A stretch of DNA of 64,000 bases, from the NCBI GenBank assembly GCA_965263295.1, contig OZ253665.1, positions 480,001 through 544,000 of the forward strand, given 5' to 3'. Shown piece by piece: positions 21,183 through 31,000 of the stretch. Under the pieces are notes generated by a model. That model worked only from the letters and a program-made list of their open reading frames with translations, did not search any database and was not told where the DNA came from. Numbering within the stretch: position 1 is the first letter of the stretch; each line of letters begins with the position of its first letter. The position numbers and the translations under genes were made by a program. The DNA comes from Spirochaetia bacterium (GTDB lineage Bacteria > Spirochaetota > Spirochaetia > SP-2023).

Positions 21183-22673
21183 CTAGGGAGTAAAGCTGAA
21201 GGAAAAGTAATGAGCCTGGAGCTTTTCGGTAGAAGTACCGTCGACAAATGACTTGGATGTGTCGACACTGGGCTGTAACAATATGCGCAGTTCCTCCTGA
21301 GGTAGTGATTTATTATTGTTCAAACGAAAAAACAAGTGCCAGGGAAACTCAATTAAGTCCTGATAGCTTAAATCGCGCCTGACTAATTGTATCCCTTCCC
21401 AAGCTAGGGATATCGTCATTTGATAGCGATAATTTTTAAAACGGCTGGCACTCTGGATCCGGCTTTGGTAACCTTGCAAGTCTTTTTGAATGGCAAAGTA
21501 AAAGTCTGGATCTGTGCGCAGCAAGGATTTGACCCTATCTAGGGCCTGGCTGAGTCTGACCCGCAGTGGATAAAGGGCTTCGTTATCTCTACGCCCTAAA
21601 ATATCGTCGATTGTCTTAATTGTCCACTCATAGAAGGTGCGAGCCTCCTCAAACAGCACTTGATCTTCTAGGCGCCTGCCGGTCTCGACAGCTTGCTGGA
21701 GCAGCAATTCATTCGGAGGGGGCAAGTAACTTTTGAGCAGAGGGTATGGACTATAAATATCGACCTTCGCCAAGCTAGGTAGGTAGAGAAACAACATATT
21801 TCCAATAGGGTAAGCTTGTGCCGCCTGGCTAGGCAAAGGAATGGAAAAAAAGCTCTTGCCGCTCAAGTTAAAAAAATTCAGAATATTGTTAAATATGGCA
21901 TAAAAAACTTGGGGGCTCTGATTTTTTGCGGTGGCAATGGCACCAATGCTACGCGGTATTTTCTGGTAGAACTGTTTGGGTGGAATGATCAATAAGGGAG
22001 GGATTTGTCCCTGCCGTTTGTCATCAGCCATCTTGCTTAGTATCAGGGCACTGCTTTTGCGATTGTAGTATAGGATTTGTTTATTCGGTAACAACTGCAG
22101 TTGCTGGGCATTTGGGATACGGTCGGCCAACAGTTCGGGAGGGTCATCTGTGAGGATGTCAGAGTAGAGCAGGGCTTTTGAGCCTTGTTGCACAATCAGC
22201 TGCCGGCCATAGAGTTTATATTGCTGGCCATTCTTTACGTTTTTAACATTGTTCAGCCAAGTTCCCAGATGAATATTGTACAGAGAGATAGAGCCGTCCA
22301 AAGCAAGGGCAAGCAAAAGATAGGGGCTGATTAGATTATATTGAGCGGAGTTATCTTGCCAACGATTGAGTTGGCTAAAAAAAATGCTAAGCAGTGTATC
22401 TTGACTGACGGACAGATCGCTATTGAGAGAAAGATAGCCCTTGATAAAAAAGAAGTGAAGTTGCCCATCGGGGCCCATGATGATATTTTTCAACTCTCCC
22501 CACCGGGCTGTGTTGCCCCAGGGGGCGAGCAGATTATTTAAGTCTAATGAGTGCTGGTCTTTGAACAAGCCGGAATTGGCGTTTTTGTCCTGGGCGCTTA
22601 GAGGTACCTGCAACGACAGAAAAAGCGAGAAAGTTGCCAAGTATATTCTTGTATGAAAAAACGTTAAAGCCAT
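21183..22673 (-). CDS. Secreted hypothetical protein (beta-rich N-terminal part)
   Basis: 496-aa ORF with signal peptide (VPLSA/Q); no recognised family. Confidence 0.7.
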   Translation of the reverse strand: MALTFFHTRIYLATFSLFLSLQVPLSAQDKNANSGLFKDQHSLDLNNLLAPWGNTARWGELKNIIMGPDGQLHFFFIKGYLSLNSDLSVSQDTLLSIFFSQLNRWQDNSAQYNLISPYLLLALALDGSISLYNIHLGTWLNNVKNVKNGQQYKLYGRQLIVQQGSKALLYSDILTDDPPELLADRIPNAQQLQLLPNKQILYYNRKSSALILSKMADDKRQGQIPPLLIIPPKQFYQKIPRSIGAIATAKNQSPQVFYAIFNNILNFFNLSGKSFFSIPLPSQAAQAYPIGNMLFLYLPSLAKVDIYSPYPLLKSYLPPPNELLLQQAVETGRRLEDQVLFEEARTFYEWTIKTIDDILGRRDNEALYPLRVRLSQALDRVKSLLRTDPDFYFAIQKDLQGYQSRIQSASRFKNYRYQMTISLAWEGIQLVRRDLSYQDLIEFPWHLFFRLNNNKSLPQEELRILLQPSVDTSKSFVDGTSTEKLQAHYFSFSFTP

Positions 22674-22761
22674 ATCAACATTAGCTTTGGGGCTTGCCCC
22701 GCAGGGATTTCATCAAGGGAAAATCACCGCGGAGATCTCCGCACCGGGTCGAGGTTTTTGC

Positions 22762-24732
22762 CTAATTTTGGCGCTGATTGAATATTTGATCATTAGCATC
22801 AAAAATACTGATGTTGTTCTCCGCGTCGCAGTTGGTCAAGGCGTATTCCAGCTCAGTTAATACAGTCTCAGCGCCAATATCCTTGCGTGCGGCACTGATG
22901 CCCGTAATACCCATTTTCATGTTTTTTAAGTAAGAGGCCGGCAGGCGGCTGGCCGCATTTTGCAGTTGCTCAATCCCTTCGTGTATATTCTTGCTTGGCA
23001 GAAGGATAGCCATGCCATGCTGATGGGGCAAGATCGAAGCCTGTAGAGCCGCCAAGTCCTGTTCCAACGATGCGCGGACGATTTCGACATCTTCTTCAAG
23101 GGTCTGCAATAGGGCTACAGATAAATCGGGGCTAGTGTCTTCTTCAGCTGCCGGTTGATCTTTTTGATTTTCTAAGAAATCACCGATCCAGTTTAATACA
23201 GCCTGCTTTTGTTCTGTGTCTAAGATGTCTTGGTTTTCTGTTGTCGTTTCAGAGTCGAGTTCTGCCTCAGTTTGATCCCTCTCTGTTTCGTCTGCTTCAT
23301 TGCCGTCATAGAGTTGTTCTTCCGCAGTAGGCCATTGAGAAAGAATATCGGCATCTAGTTCCTGGTCAATCGGTTCCAACTCATCGTCACCCAAGCCCTC
23401 GTCCAAGTCATTGATCAGCTCGTCGCCCAAGTCTTCCTCAAATTCACTGTCGTAGATCTCAGGCATCTCTGTATCTAAACCGCTATTTGCTTCGCCTTCT
23501 GACTGATCGTCGGCAGCGAGGTCACCAAATTCTCTGTTCAGGCTGGCGGCAAAATCTTGATCGTCTTTGCTGGCAGCCGGACTTTCGTCGCCATCGCCAT
23601 TGTCGAGTTCTTGAATCGCCTCTGTCAGGAGATCATCGAGCCTTTCTGATTCTAGAGCGTTATCAGAGCTGTCATCAAGGCCGGCGGATTCATCGCTGCC
23701 GATGTCATCCAGAAAAGCGAAGTCTGTGCTTGGCGCAACTTCTGCCGGCGAGCTGGGGAGTTCAAGCCGTCCTTCTTTTAAGTCTGTGTCCTCGTCATTC
23801 TTTCCATTCTCGCCATCCTTTCTGGGGGCAAGCATATCTTCATGGGGACTATCGTCATTAAAGCTCAGGTCAATTTCCGTCTCAGTTTCGGGATCGAGAA
23901 GGCCCGCAAAGATATCAATATCGTTATCGGGAATTCCGTTCGTATCACCTTCAGGGGCTTCTGTAATTACTGTATTCCCGTATTCGTGAGCCGTTGTGGC
24001 ATTTTCGTCGTCGTCAAAATCTGTAGAGGAGTCTTCTTCTGATCTGCTTTCCGTATCTGCCTCCGCAAGGTCCTGTGTGAGCCAAGGATCACCGTTGTAA
24101 ATCGGCTGTTCTTCATTCTGCTCTACTTCGTGGTACATGTCTTCTTCTTCAGCGAGGGACTGCAAGGCCCATGCTGTTTCGGTCGGGTCTCGTTTCGGGA
24201 TAATCAAGAAGGCCAGAAAACTCAGGATTAAGAGAGCTAGAATGACAACGGTATCGAACTGCAATACATCTTTAATCAACTGAATGGGCAGGCGCTGAAA
24301 AAGCACTTGAACACTGACCTGGCTCTGACCTGGAAGTTGTAAATTATGGCTTTGCTCTTCGTAGAGCAGAGGGTTATACCTATATTTGAGCTGGTTTTGC
24401 CAGTTGGGGTTAGGGTCATCAGTCGCATTGAGACTGTCCACGCGAAAACGGTTTTGCATCACGTTTTTGTTGTCGACAATGGTAATAACCTTGACCAAGT
24501 CCTTGAACTCTTGCATCACATCTTTAACATCTTTAGTAAAGTTTAGCGTAGTAAAGCTTCCATTTCCGATGTAACTACTGTTGATACGGTCGACAATTTT
24601 GTTGATATAAACATCGGCCTGCCTAGACCGTTGAATTCTCTGAACGATCAAGAAGGTCACGGAACCGAGAATCAAGATAAGCAGTAGTAAATATGTAAAT
24701 GCCGTAAATATCTTTAAATTTGAATTTCTCAT
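22762..24732 (-). CDS. Two-TM membrane protein with long acidic linker and degenerate GGDEF-like C-terminal domain
   Basis: TM helices at aa ~8-31 and ~160-178; ~330 aa D/E-rich region; C-terminal MAILLP...MGITG...LEYAL pattern without a GGDEF motif. Confidence 0.65.
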   Translation of the reverse strand: MRNSNLKIFTAFTYLLLLILILGSVTFLIVQRIQRSRQADVYINKIVDRINSSYIGNGSFTTLNFTKDVKDVMQEFKDLVKVITIVDNKNVMQNRFRVDSLNATDDPNPNWQNQLKYRYNPLLYEEQSHNLQLPGQSQVSVQVLFQRLPIQLIKDVLQFDTVVILALLILSFLAFLIIPKRDPTETAWALQSLAEEEDMYHEVEQNEEQPIYNGDPWLTQDLAEADTESRSEEDSSTDFDDDENATTAHEYGNTVITEAPEGDTNGIPDNDIDIFAGLLDPETETEIDLSFNDDSPHEDMLAPRKDGENGKNDEDTDLKEGRLELPSSPAEVAPSTDFAFLDDIGSDESAGLDDSSDNALESERLDDLLTEAIQELDNGDGDESPAASKDDQDFAASLNREFGDLAADDQSEGEANSGLDTEMPEIYDSEFEEDLGDELINDLDEGLGDDELEPIDQELDADILSQWPTAEEQLYDGNEADETERDQTEAELDSETTTENQDILDTEQKQAVLNWIGDFLENQKDQPAAEEDTSPDLSVALLQTLEEDVEIVRASLEQDLAALQASILPHQHGMAILLPSKNIHEGIEQLQNAASRLPASYLKNMKMGITGISAARKDIGAETVLTELEYALTNCDAENNISIFDANDQIFNQRQN

Positions 24733-24804
24733 GTTACACCTTCCCCAATGTAATTAACGTCTTGGTGAATTCCAGACATTTATGGAATTTAAACGTGATC
24801 ATTA

Positions 24805-26034
24805 TTACATATCTGTCTTAATTATAATACTGTCAGCAAAGGGTTTGCCGATATTCTTGAGCTGACGCTGAATTCTTTTAGCTTCTTCTTTACTGGTATA
24901 TAAACCTATACGAACACGATAAACTTTTTTAGAGCCACTTTCCCCTTCTTGGACTTCTGAGCTCAGGTGACTTTGGGCCAGTTGCTGCTGTATGTTATTG
25001 GCATTCTTCCTGGAAGAAAAGGCCCCGACTTGTATCCAGTAGCCAATTCCACCAACTTTACTCTGCACAAGTACTTTATTTTCATCTACTGGCGTGTTCA
25101 ATTCAGGACTGGGGCGCGCGCTGCGCGGGGTAGAGACTTCTTCGCCGTCGGGACTTAGCATACTGACAGGCGAAGCCTGAGAAAGCTCTCCAGTTATTGG
25201 TGTATTTGGGCTACCCGCAGGGTTTTCATTCAAAGGCTCTGCGGGCAAAGGCTCTGCGGTGCTTGTTTGCCTTTCATTCGTATCTTCTTGTGCGTCTTGG
25301 GGTACTGCCTCTGCTACCTTCTTATTGATCGGCTCTTGCAAAATATTCTGATCTTGTGCTTGGGGCTGCCGATCTGTCGCTGATGAACTTTGATTAGGAC
25401 GAAAGAAAAGCTGGTAGACCATAGCCATGATAACTAGGGCCATCAGCAGGAGTAGAAAAACGACAACAGCTCGATAGGGACCTTGGTGGGATTGCCAAAT
25501 ACTTGAACGCGAGCGACTTTGTGCTGTTGCTTCGGCGTGATCATTGTTGTGCTCGACGGGGTTGTTCTCAATGGGAGAGTCTGCCGGCAAAGGGGGTTGT
25601 GCTGCCGATTCTTGAGGAGGATATCCACTCTGATGATGAGTATTGGAATTGTGAGCTGGATCATGGATACTGGACTGGTATCGGGGAGAGTCATTTAACA
25701 AGGCAGCTTCCATTGCGTCCATTGAACTTTGTTCATAAGTGCCGGGACTGTAATGGCGTTTGGGGGTTTGCTTGAATTCTGCGTCTGCCCGTCGTCCGGC
25801 TAAGCCTGACTTAACTCTGCGGCGGGCTCGTAACGGGAGGGGGCCTGAATTTGCAGCCATGGAAGTTGCCGTAATGCCAGGAGCTGCGCGAGTATTGTTG
25901 TCATACATGGAGTGATCGTTTGGATAGGCCGCCCCTGAATGTCGTGCACTTACCGTGTCTCCTGGTGCGGAATTGTGCGGTATCGTGGATTGCGGCGGAC
26001 GGGGGATTCGGTTCGGGGAGACTTTCATATACAC
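24805..26034 (-). CDS. SPOR-domain cell division protein (FtsN/DedD-like architecture)
   Basis: Single TM helix; C-terminal YWIQVGAFSS...YRVRIGLY SPOR motif; follows coaE. Confidence 0.88.
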   Translation of the reverse strand: MYMKVSPNRIPRPPQSTIPHNSAPGDTVSARHSGAAYPNDHSMYDNNTRAAPGITATSMAANSGPLPLRARRRVKSGLAGRRADAEFKQTPKRHYSPGTYEQSSMDAMEAALLNDSPRYQSSIHDPAHNSNTHHQSGYPPQESAAQPPLPADSPIENNPVEHNNDHAEATAQSRSRSSIWQSHQGPYRAVVVFLLLLMALVIMAMVYQLFFRPNQSSSATDRQPQAQDQNILQEPINKKVAEAVPQDAQEDTNERQTSTAEPLPAEPLNENPAGSPNTPITGELSQASPVSMLSPDGEEVSTPRSARPSPELNTPVDENKVLVQSKVGGIGYWIQVGAFSSRKNANNIQQQLAQSHLSSEVQEGESGSKKVYRVRIGLYTSKEEAKRIQRQLKNIGKPFADSIIIKTDM

Positions 26035-26037
26035 TAC

Positions 26038-26745
26038 CTATCCACAGTCGTCAACTTTAAGCATTGGCTGTAGCTGTGGAATTTTTTTTAATTGCTGAAT
26101 AATATCGGGTATCGCATCCTCGGCGCGAATCTTGTAATTCCGTATACAGTAAAATGAGATTTGCTCTTTTTGCCGCGTATAACGCTGCGGGTCGGGGTAT
26201 TGTAGTTTACGCTGAGTCCAGTTGCGCTGCAGAAATCCAAGCCAATTAATTGAGTCGCGTCGACGTGAACGCCAGGCTCGTAACCATAAGGGGGCTTTGA
26301 CCCATAGGACAAGGTCACAGAGGGGGAGAAGGCCCAATCTTTCCAATATAGCGGCATTCAGAATGAATTGTGGTCGTGTGAGAGGCATGTCCATATGCTT
26401 CGTATGTTCCCCTGATACGATGTGACGTTTGTTGTCGATACGGTTGAGTTCTTTGAACACAAGCTCTTTCATGTGCGGGTGCACTATGCTCTCCAGCTTA
26501 TGCAATGCGCTCGCCTTGCGAAAGACTAAATTCCCCAATTTTTTACGATCAATATTTTTTTGTCCGTTACCGTCGCTTGTGATTTGCGCGACAGCGGGAA
26601 AATTCTGCAATACAAGTTCTGCTTTTTGCTCCAGAGCTAGATGACCTAAGGCGTCCAGATTAATTTCCCGCCAACCATATGGCTTCAGTAAGGTGCAAAT
26701 AAAATCTTTGCCAGCATAGCTCTTGCCTGTAATACCGATAATCAA
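26038..26745 (-). CDS. coaE: Dephospho-CoA kinase
   Basis: IIGITGKSYAGK, DALGH, IDRKKLG, LESIVHP. Confidence 0.9.
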   Translation of the reverse strand: MIIGITGKSYAGKDFICTLLKPYGWREINLDALGHLALEQKAELVLQNFPAVAQITSDGNGQKNIDRKKLGNLVFRKASALHKLESIVHPHMKELVFKELNRIDNKRHIVSGEHTKHMDMPLTRPQFILNAAILERLGLLPLCDLVLWVKAPLWLRAWRSRRRDSINWLGFLQRNWTQRKLQYPDPQRYTRQKEQISFYCIRNYKIRAEDAIPDIIQQLKKIPQLQPMLKVDDCG

Positions 26746-26792
26746 TTGACCGCGTCTCTCCTTGATTACTTGAATTCATCTAGACGGTCGAT

Positions 26793-28016
26793 CTAGTGGA
26801 CAAAAAGACCGTCAAATTCTTTACTAGAAGGAATTTGAAGCACTTCACAGACGGAAGATATGTCTCGGTGGTCCCAGATTAGCTGCTGCAATGGTTTAAG
26901 ACGTTCACGATCGCGGCACAGCAAATTGGCACCGGTAATTCTGTCTTGCCGGTCGAGAAAGAACTGATAGTAGCTCAGATCTTTTTTATCTTGTGTACCG
27001 GGAACTAAAAAATGTTTCTGAGTAAAAGTCCCGCGCTGTAATGGGGGTGCCAGGAATAAAATCACATCGGCCACTTCAATTTTAGTGCGGTAGTTCTTGC
27101 GCACATACGGGATCAATTCGCTGTTTTGTGCCCGTCTAGCTGCATTTAGGCCGGCCGCCTGCCCCAAGTCCATGGCTTCGTGCCACAACATACAGCGAGT
27201 TGTCACAAATTCTGCTTCGGAAACGGGGTATTCGAGATTGTCGCCACAAACGAAAACTTCGGGAGTAATTCGCAAATCTTCTTGCAATTGGGCACCTGCG
27301 GGAAATAAATTGGCCACGGGCTGAGTCCCAAAGCAGCAGATTGTCAAGTCACAATCCTTTAGTACAGAGTCCTCGTACTGGCAAATGCGCTGTTGCCAGA
27401 AGCATTGAGCTCCCCGTCGCTCCAGGTCTCGCTTTAGATACGCGCTGATGTAAGGCGATTTGAAACGGGCCAGCGGTGCGTCGTGTGGGTCGATTAGTCT
27501 GGCTGTTATGCCCAGTTTCAAGAGTTCATAACAGGTCTCCACGCCTTGCACTCCGCCGCCGAGCACCGCAATTTTATCGCTGCTTTGAACTTGTGACTGC
27601 AAGGAAAAAGTTTCCTGCTTATTGTGGTAGAACTTGAGCTTGTGTGCCAGCTCTGGGTGTTGCAGGGACTGCGGCAGTTCGTAGCGAGCCCCCGTCGCTA
27701 AAATCAAATACTGGTATTGGTACTGGTCTTGTGCCCCGATGGCCAGTTTGGCGTCGTAGTTTATCTCTGTAATGTAGTCTTGTCGCAGTTGAATGTTGTA
27801 AAATTTTTGCAGGTCCGCGGCTGTCGAGAGCGTAAAGTCGTCAGCCGTAAATCCTGTGGCAAAGAACTTGCTCAAATTCGTCCTTTTGTAAGGTGCGTAG
27901 GGTTCTCCATTAATTAAAATAATGGAAGCACTGCGCTCAAGGCTGCGGATGCTAGTGGCCGCAGTCAAGCCGGCAATGCCAGCCCCAATGATCAGATAGC
28001 TAGTTTCTGTAGGCAT
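26793..28016 (-). CDS. FAD/NAD(P)-dependent oxidoreductase (rubredoxin/ferredoxin-reductase-like)
   Basis: GAGIAG, PYKRTNLSK, LILATG, GGGVQGVE, VFVCGD. Confidence 0.85.
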   Translation of the reverse strand: MPTETSYLIIGAGIAGLTAATSIRSLERSASIILINGEPYAPYKRTNLSKFFATGFTADDFTLSTAADLQKFYNIQLRQDYITEINYDAKLAIGAQDQYQYQYLILATGARYELPQSLQHPELAHKLKFYHNKQETFSLQSQVQSSDKIAVLGGGVQGVETCYELLKLGITARLIDPHDAPLARFKSPYISAYLKRDLERRGAQCFWQQRICQYEDSVLKDCDLTICCFGTQPVANLFPAGAQLQEDLRITPEVFVCGDNLEYPVSEAEFVTTRCMLWHEAMDLGQAAGLNAARRAQNSELIPYVRKNYRTKIEVADVILFLAPPLQRGTFTQKHFLVPGTQDKKDLSYYQFFLDRQDRITGANLLCRDRERLKPLQQLIWDHRDISSVCEVLQIPSSKEFDGLFVH

Positions 28017-28019
28017 GGG

Positions 28020-31000
28020 TCAGGTTCCCTCATCCAATAGGATATGAAATTCTTCGTTGTCATCTAGAATGAGGTCACTCCATTCTGGTTTATGGTTGCT
28101 GCTGATGGCGCTGAGGTTCAGGTTGAGGACAGGAATCCCGTCGTCACTGGTAATTTTTTTGACTTCCGGCATCTCTTCGTCAGCTTGACTTTCTGCTTCG
28201 TTATTGAGCCCTTCGGGCTGATCTTGTGGTCGCGCACTTTGAAAAAATACGTTCGCAATCTCGTCGTTTGCCGCGCCGGGAGCAGAACTGGCGATATCAT
28301 CCATAAAGCTAAACGCGTCTTGTTCCAGCAAAACCACTTGGCTGGAAGCCAGGGGCCGATGCGTATCTTCTTTTTTTACTACCATTTGTCGCTCTGTGCC
28401 GGCTGCTTGTTCCGTGGCTTGTTCTCGGCCGTCGCCCTGATCGCCAATGACATGGCTTGCACTGTCCTCAGGCTCTGCCAAGTCTAGGGGATTGTCTGGA
28501 ATTTCAATAATATTCGAATTAAAGTCATGGCTGTATTGATCCGGCCAGTGCGCGGCTGTCACAGAAGAATACGAGTTGAAGTCAGGAGAAAGGTTAGAAG
28601 CCGGATAATCTTGGAGCCCCAACTCATCGCCGGATTCTAAATGTGGCTGATCCGACTTTTCGACGCGACTCTGCTGGTGATATTCGAGAGGTTCTTCCCG
28701 GTTGTGCTCGTTCAAAGTATCCCAATTTTTGCTCAGGTCTTCGCTTAGTTCTTCTTTTGATTTTTCGCTTGGTTTTTCACTTATGTTGCCTGAGGCCGAA
28801 GCTTCGCTGGTCGTTGGCATTTGCCGCTCTGTGCCGGCTGTCTGTTCCATGGTTTGTTCCCTGGCTTGTTCTCGGCCGTCGCCCTGATCGCCAATGACAT
28901 GGCTTGCAATGTCCTCAGGCTCTGCCAAGTCTAGGGGATTGTCTGGAATTTCAATAATACTCGAATTAAAGTCATGGCTGTATTGATCCGGCCAGTGCGC
29001 GGCTGTCACAGAAGAATACGAGTTGAAGCCAGGAGAAAGGTTAGAGGCCGGATAGTCTTGGAGCTCCAACTCATCGCCGGATTCTAAATGTGGCTGATCC
29101 GACTTTTCGACGCGACTCTGCTGGTGATATTCGAGAGGTTCTTCCCGGTTGTGCTCGTTCAAAGTATCCCAATTTTTGCTCAGGTCTTCGCTTAGTTCTT
29201 CTTGTGGTTTTTCGCTTGGTTTTTCACTTATGTTGCCTGCGGCCGGAGTCTCTAGGGCTATGGCTTGCCCTTCTTGTATACTTGCTGCGTCTGGCTCGGC
29301 AGGCTGCAAGTCACTTAGATACATGGAGGTATCGACACCAGATATCTCGAATGGATTGTCGGGCAATTCTAAGCGATCTTGTATTTTCAAATTATGGGTG
29401 TTTTCGTCGTCATTCTGAATGCCTTGCCCTAGCTCATACTGCCGGCCGGCTGCCGGCGGAATTTCGTCGCGACTATTTAGATTCACTAGGAGTTGAGAAA
29501 TCTCACTGCTCAGTTGTTCGTCTGAACTTTCCATGTCACCGGGTTGCGATTCCCCTTTCGCAGTGGGAGCCGTATCTGTCGTTGGGCTTGCGCCTGTCGT
29601 AATTCCCGTTTCAATGCCCGTTTCAATTTCTGGAGAACCCGTTTCAATGCCCGTTTCAATTTCTGGAGAAGATGGGGGCATGCCATCAGGACCCAAACTT
29701 TTCAGAGCTTCTCGAATTTCTGCCGTAATTTGTTCTTCCTCGTTACCAAATCTCGTAAAGTCATTTTCGACGGCGATCTGGTCGAGGATGTCTTGGATAT
29801 TTTGGGGAATGTCTTCATCTTGCGCCGCCGAATCTTCAGTTTGATCGCTGACCTGCTGGCCCGTCAACTCTATGGATTCATTCCAGTCTTCAAATTGAAT
29901 TTCTGTCAGGGTGTGCGAACTCAAGTCCTCCAGAGTCCTGGGGTAGTCGAGATCAATCAGGTGGAGATTTGCCGCGCTGTCGTTGCCAGGCCCATCGCTT
30001 TCAGCTTGGATTTGGAGTTGCGAAAAAACCAATGAAGTTTCGCACTCCATTTCGGCTTCGCCAATCTGTTGCTGCAGATCTGGCTCCAACGCCGTTCCTG
30101 ACTCAGTATCTGGGTGTGCCGGGTGCTCGTCCGCTCTGTAGCCTACCATCTTTATGGGGTTTGCCATTTTTGTGGGTAATTCTTGTTTCCGTGAAGACAA
30201 TCGCTCAAGATCGGCTGCATTCATTGACGCTGCAGTGCATTGCGACAGACTTGGCAAATTGTCCTCAATTGTCGTCTGCTCCCCTTGTTGCTCCCCTTGG
30301 TCAGAACGTGTGGTATTTTCGTTTGGCTTTTCGTAATTGTCGGCGCCTGGGCCCTCTGTATGATCTGGGCTTTGTGAGGCGAAAATTCCAGCGTTTCTGC
30401 CCCATTCTATCAGGATATCGGAGACGATATCATTAATTTCAGCTGGATTGTCCGGATATTGTTCGTCAGAAATGAAATTGATGGCTTCTGAGTTGATCCT
30501 GAGATCGAGCTCTTCTGTCGGCTCTTGGAGGTGGAGGACGGGTTCCTGCTCTTTGGGGGTCTTGTCCGGTTTGACGAGTTGCTGCTGATCTCGTTCAATT
30601 TCTGAAGAGGCAGTTTGGATATCCAATTCTTGATTCAATTCATTTTCGGGAGGCTCAAACCAGGCTTCACTGCCGGACTCAAGTCTGTCCTCAAGTTCGG
30701 AAGAATTGGCGGCTCCCGCTTCGTCTTTCGGTTCTTTCTGCGGTTCTCTTGCCGGTATTTGGATGCCGAGAATTTCTGGGTCCCACTCGTTATTTGGGAA
30801 AAAGATATCTTGTTCTTCTGCGTGGCTAGATTCACGGTCACGATTTTCTGGCATATTTTGATCAAAAACGGCGGGTTCTGAGCTCAATGCTTGATTGGAT
30901 TCTTTGTCCAATTTTTCATTTAATTCTCCATCTAATTCTCCATCTAATTCTCCATCTAATTCATCATGCAATTCATCATTAAATTCTTGATTCAATTCAT

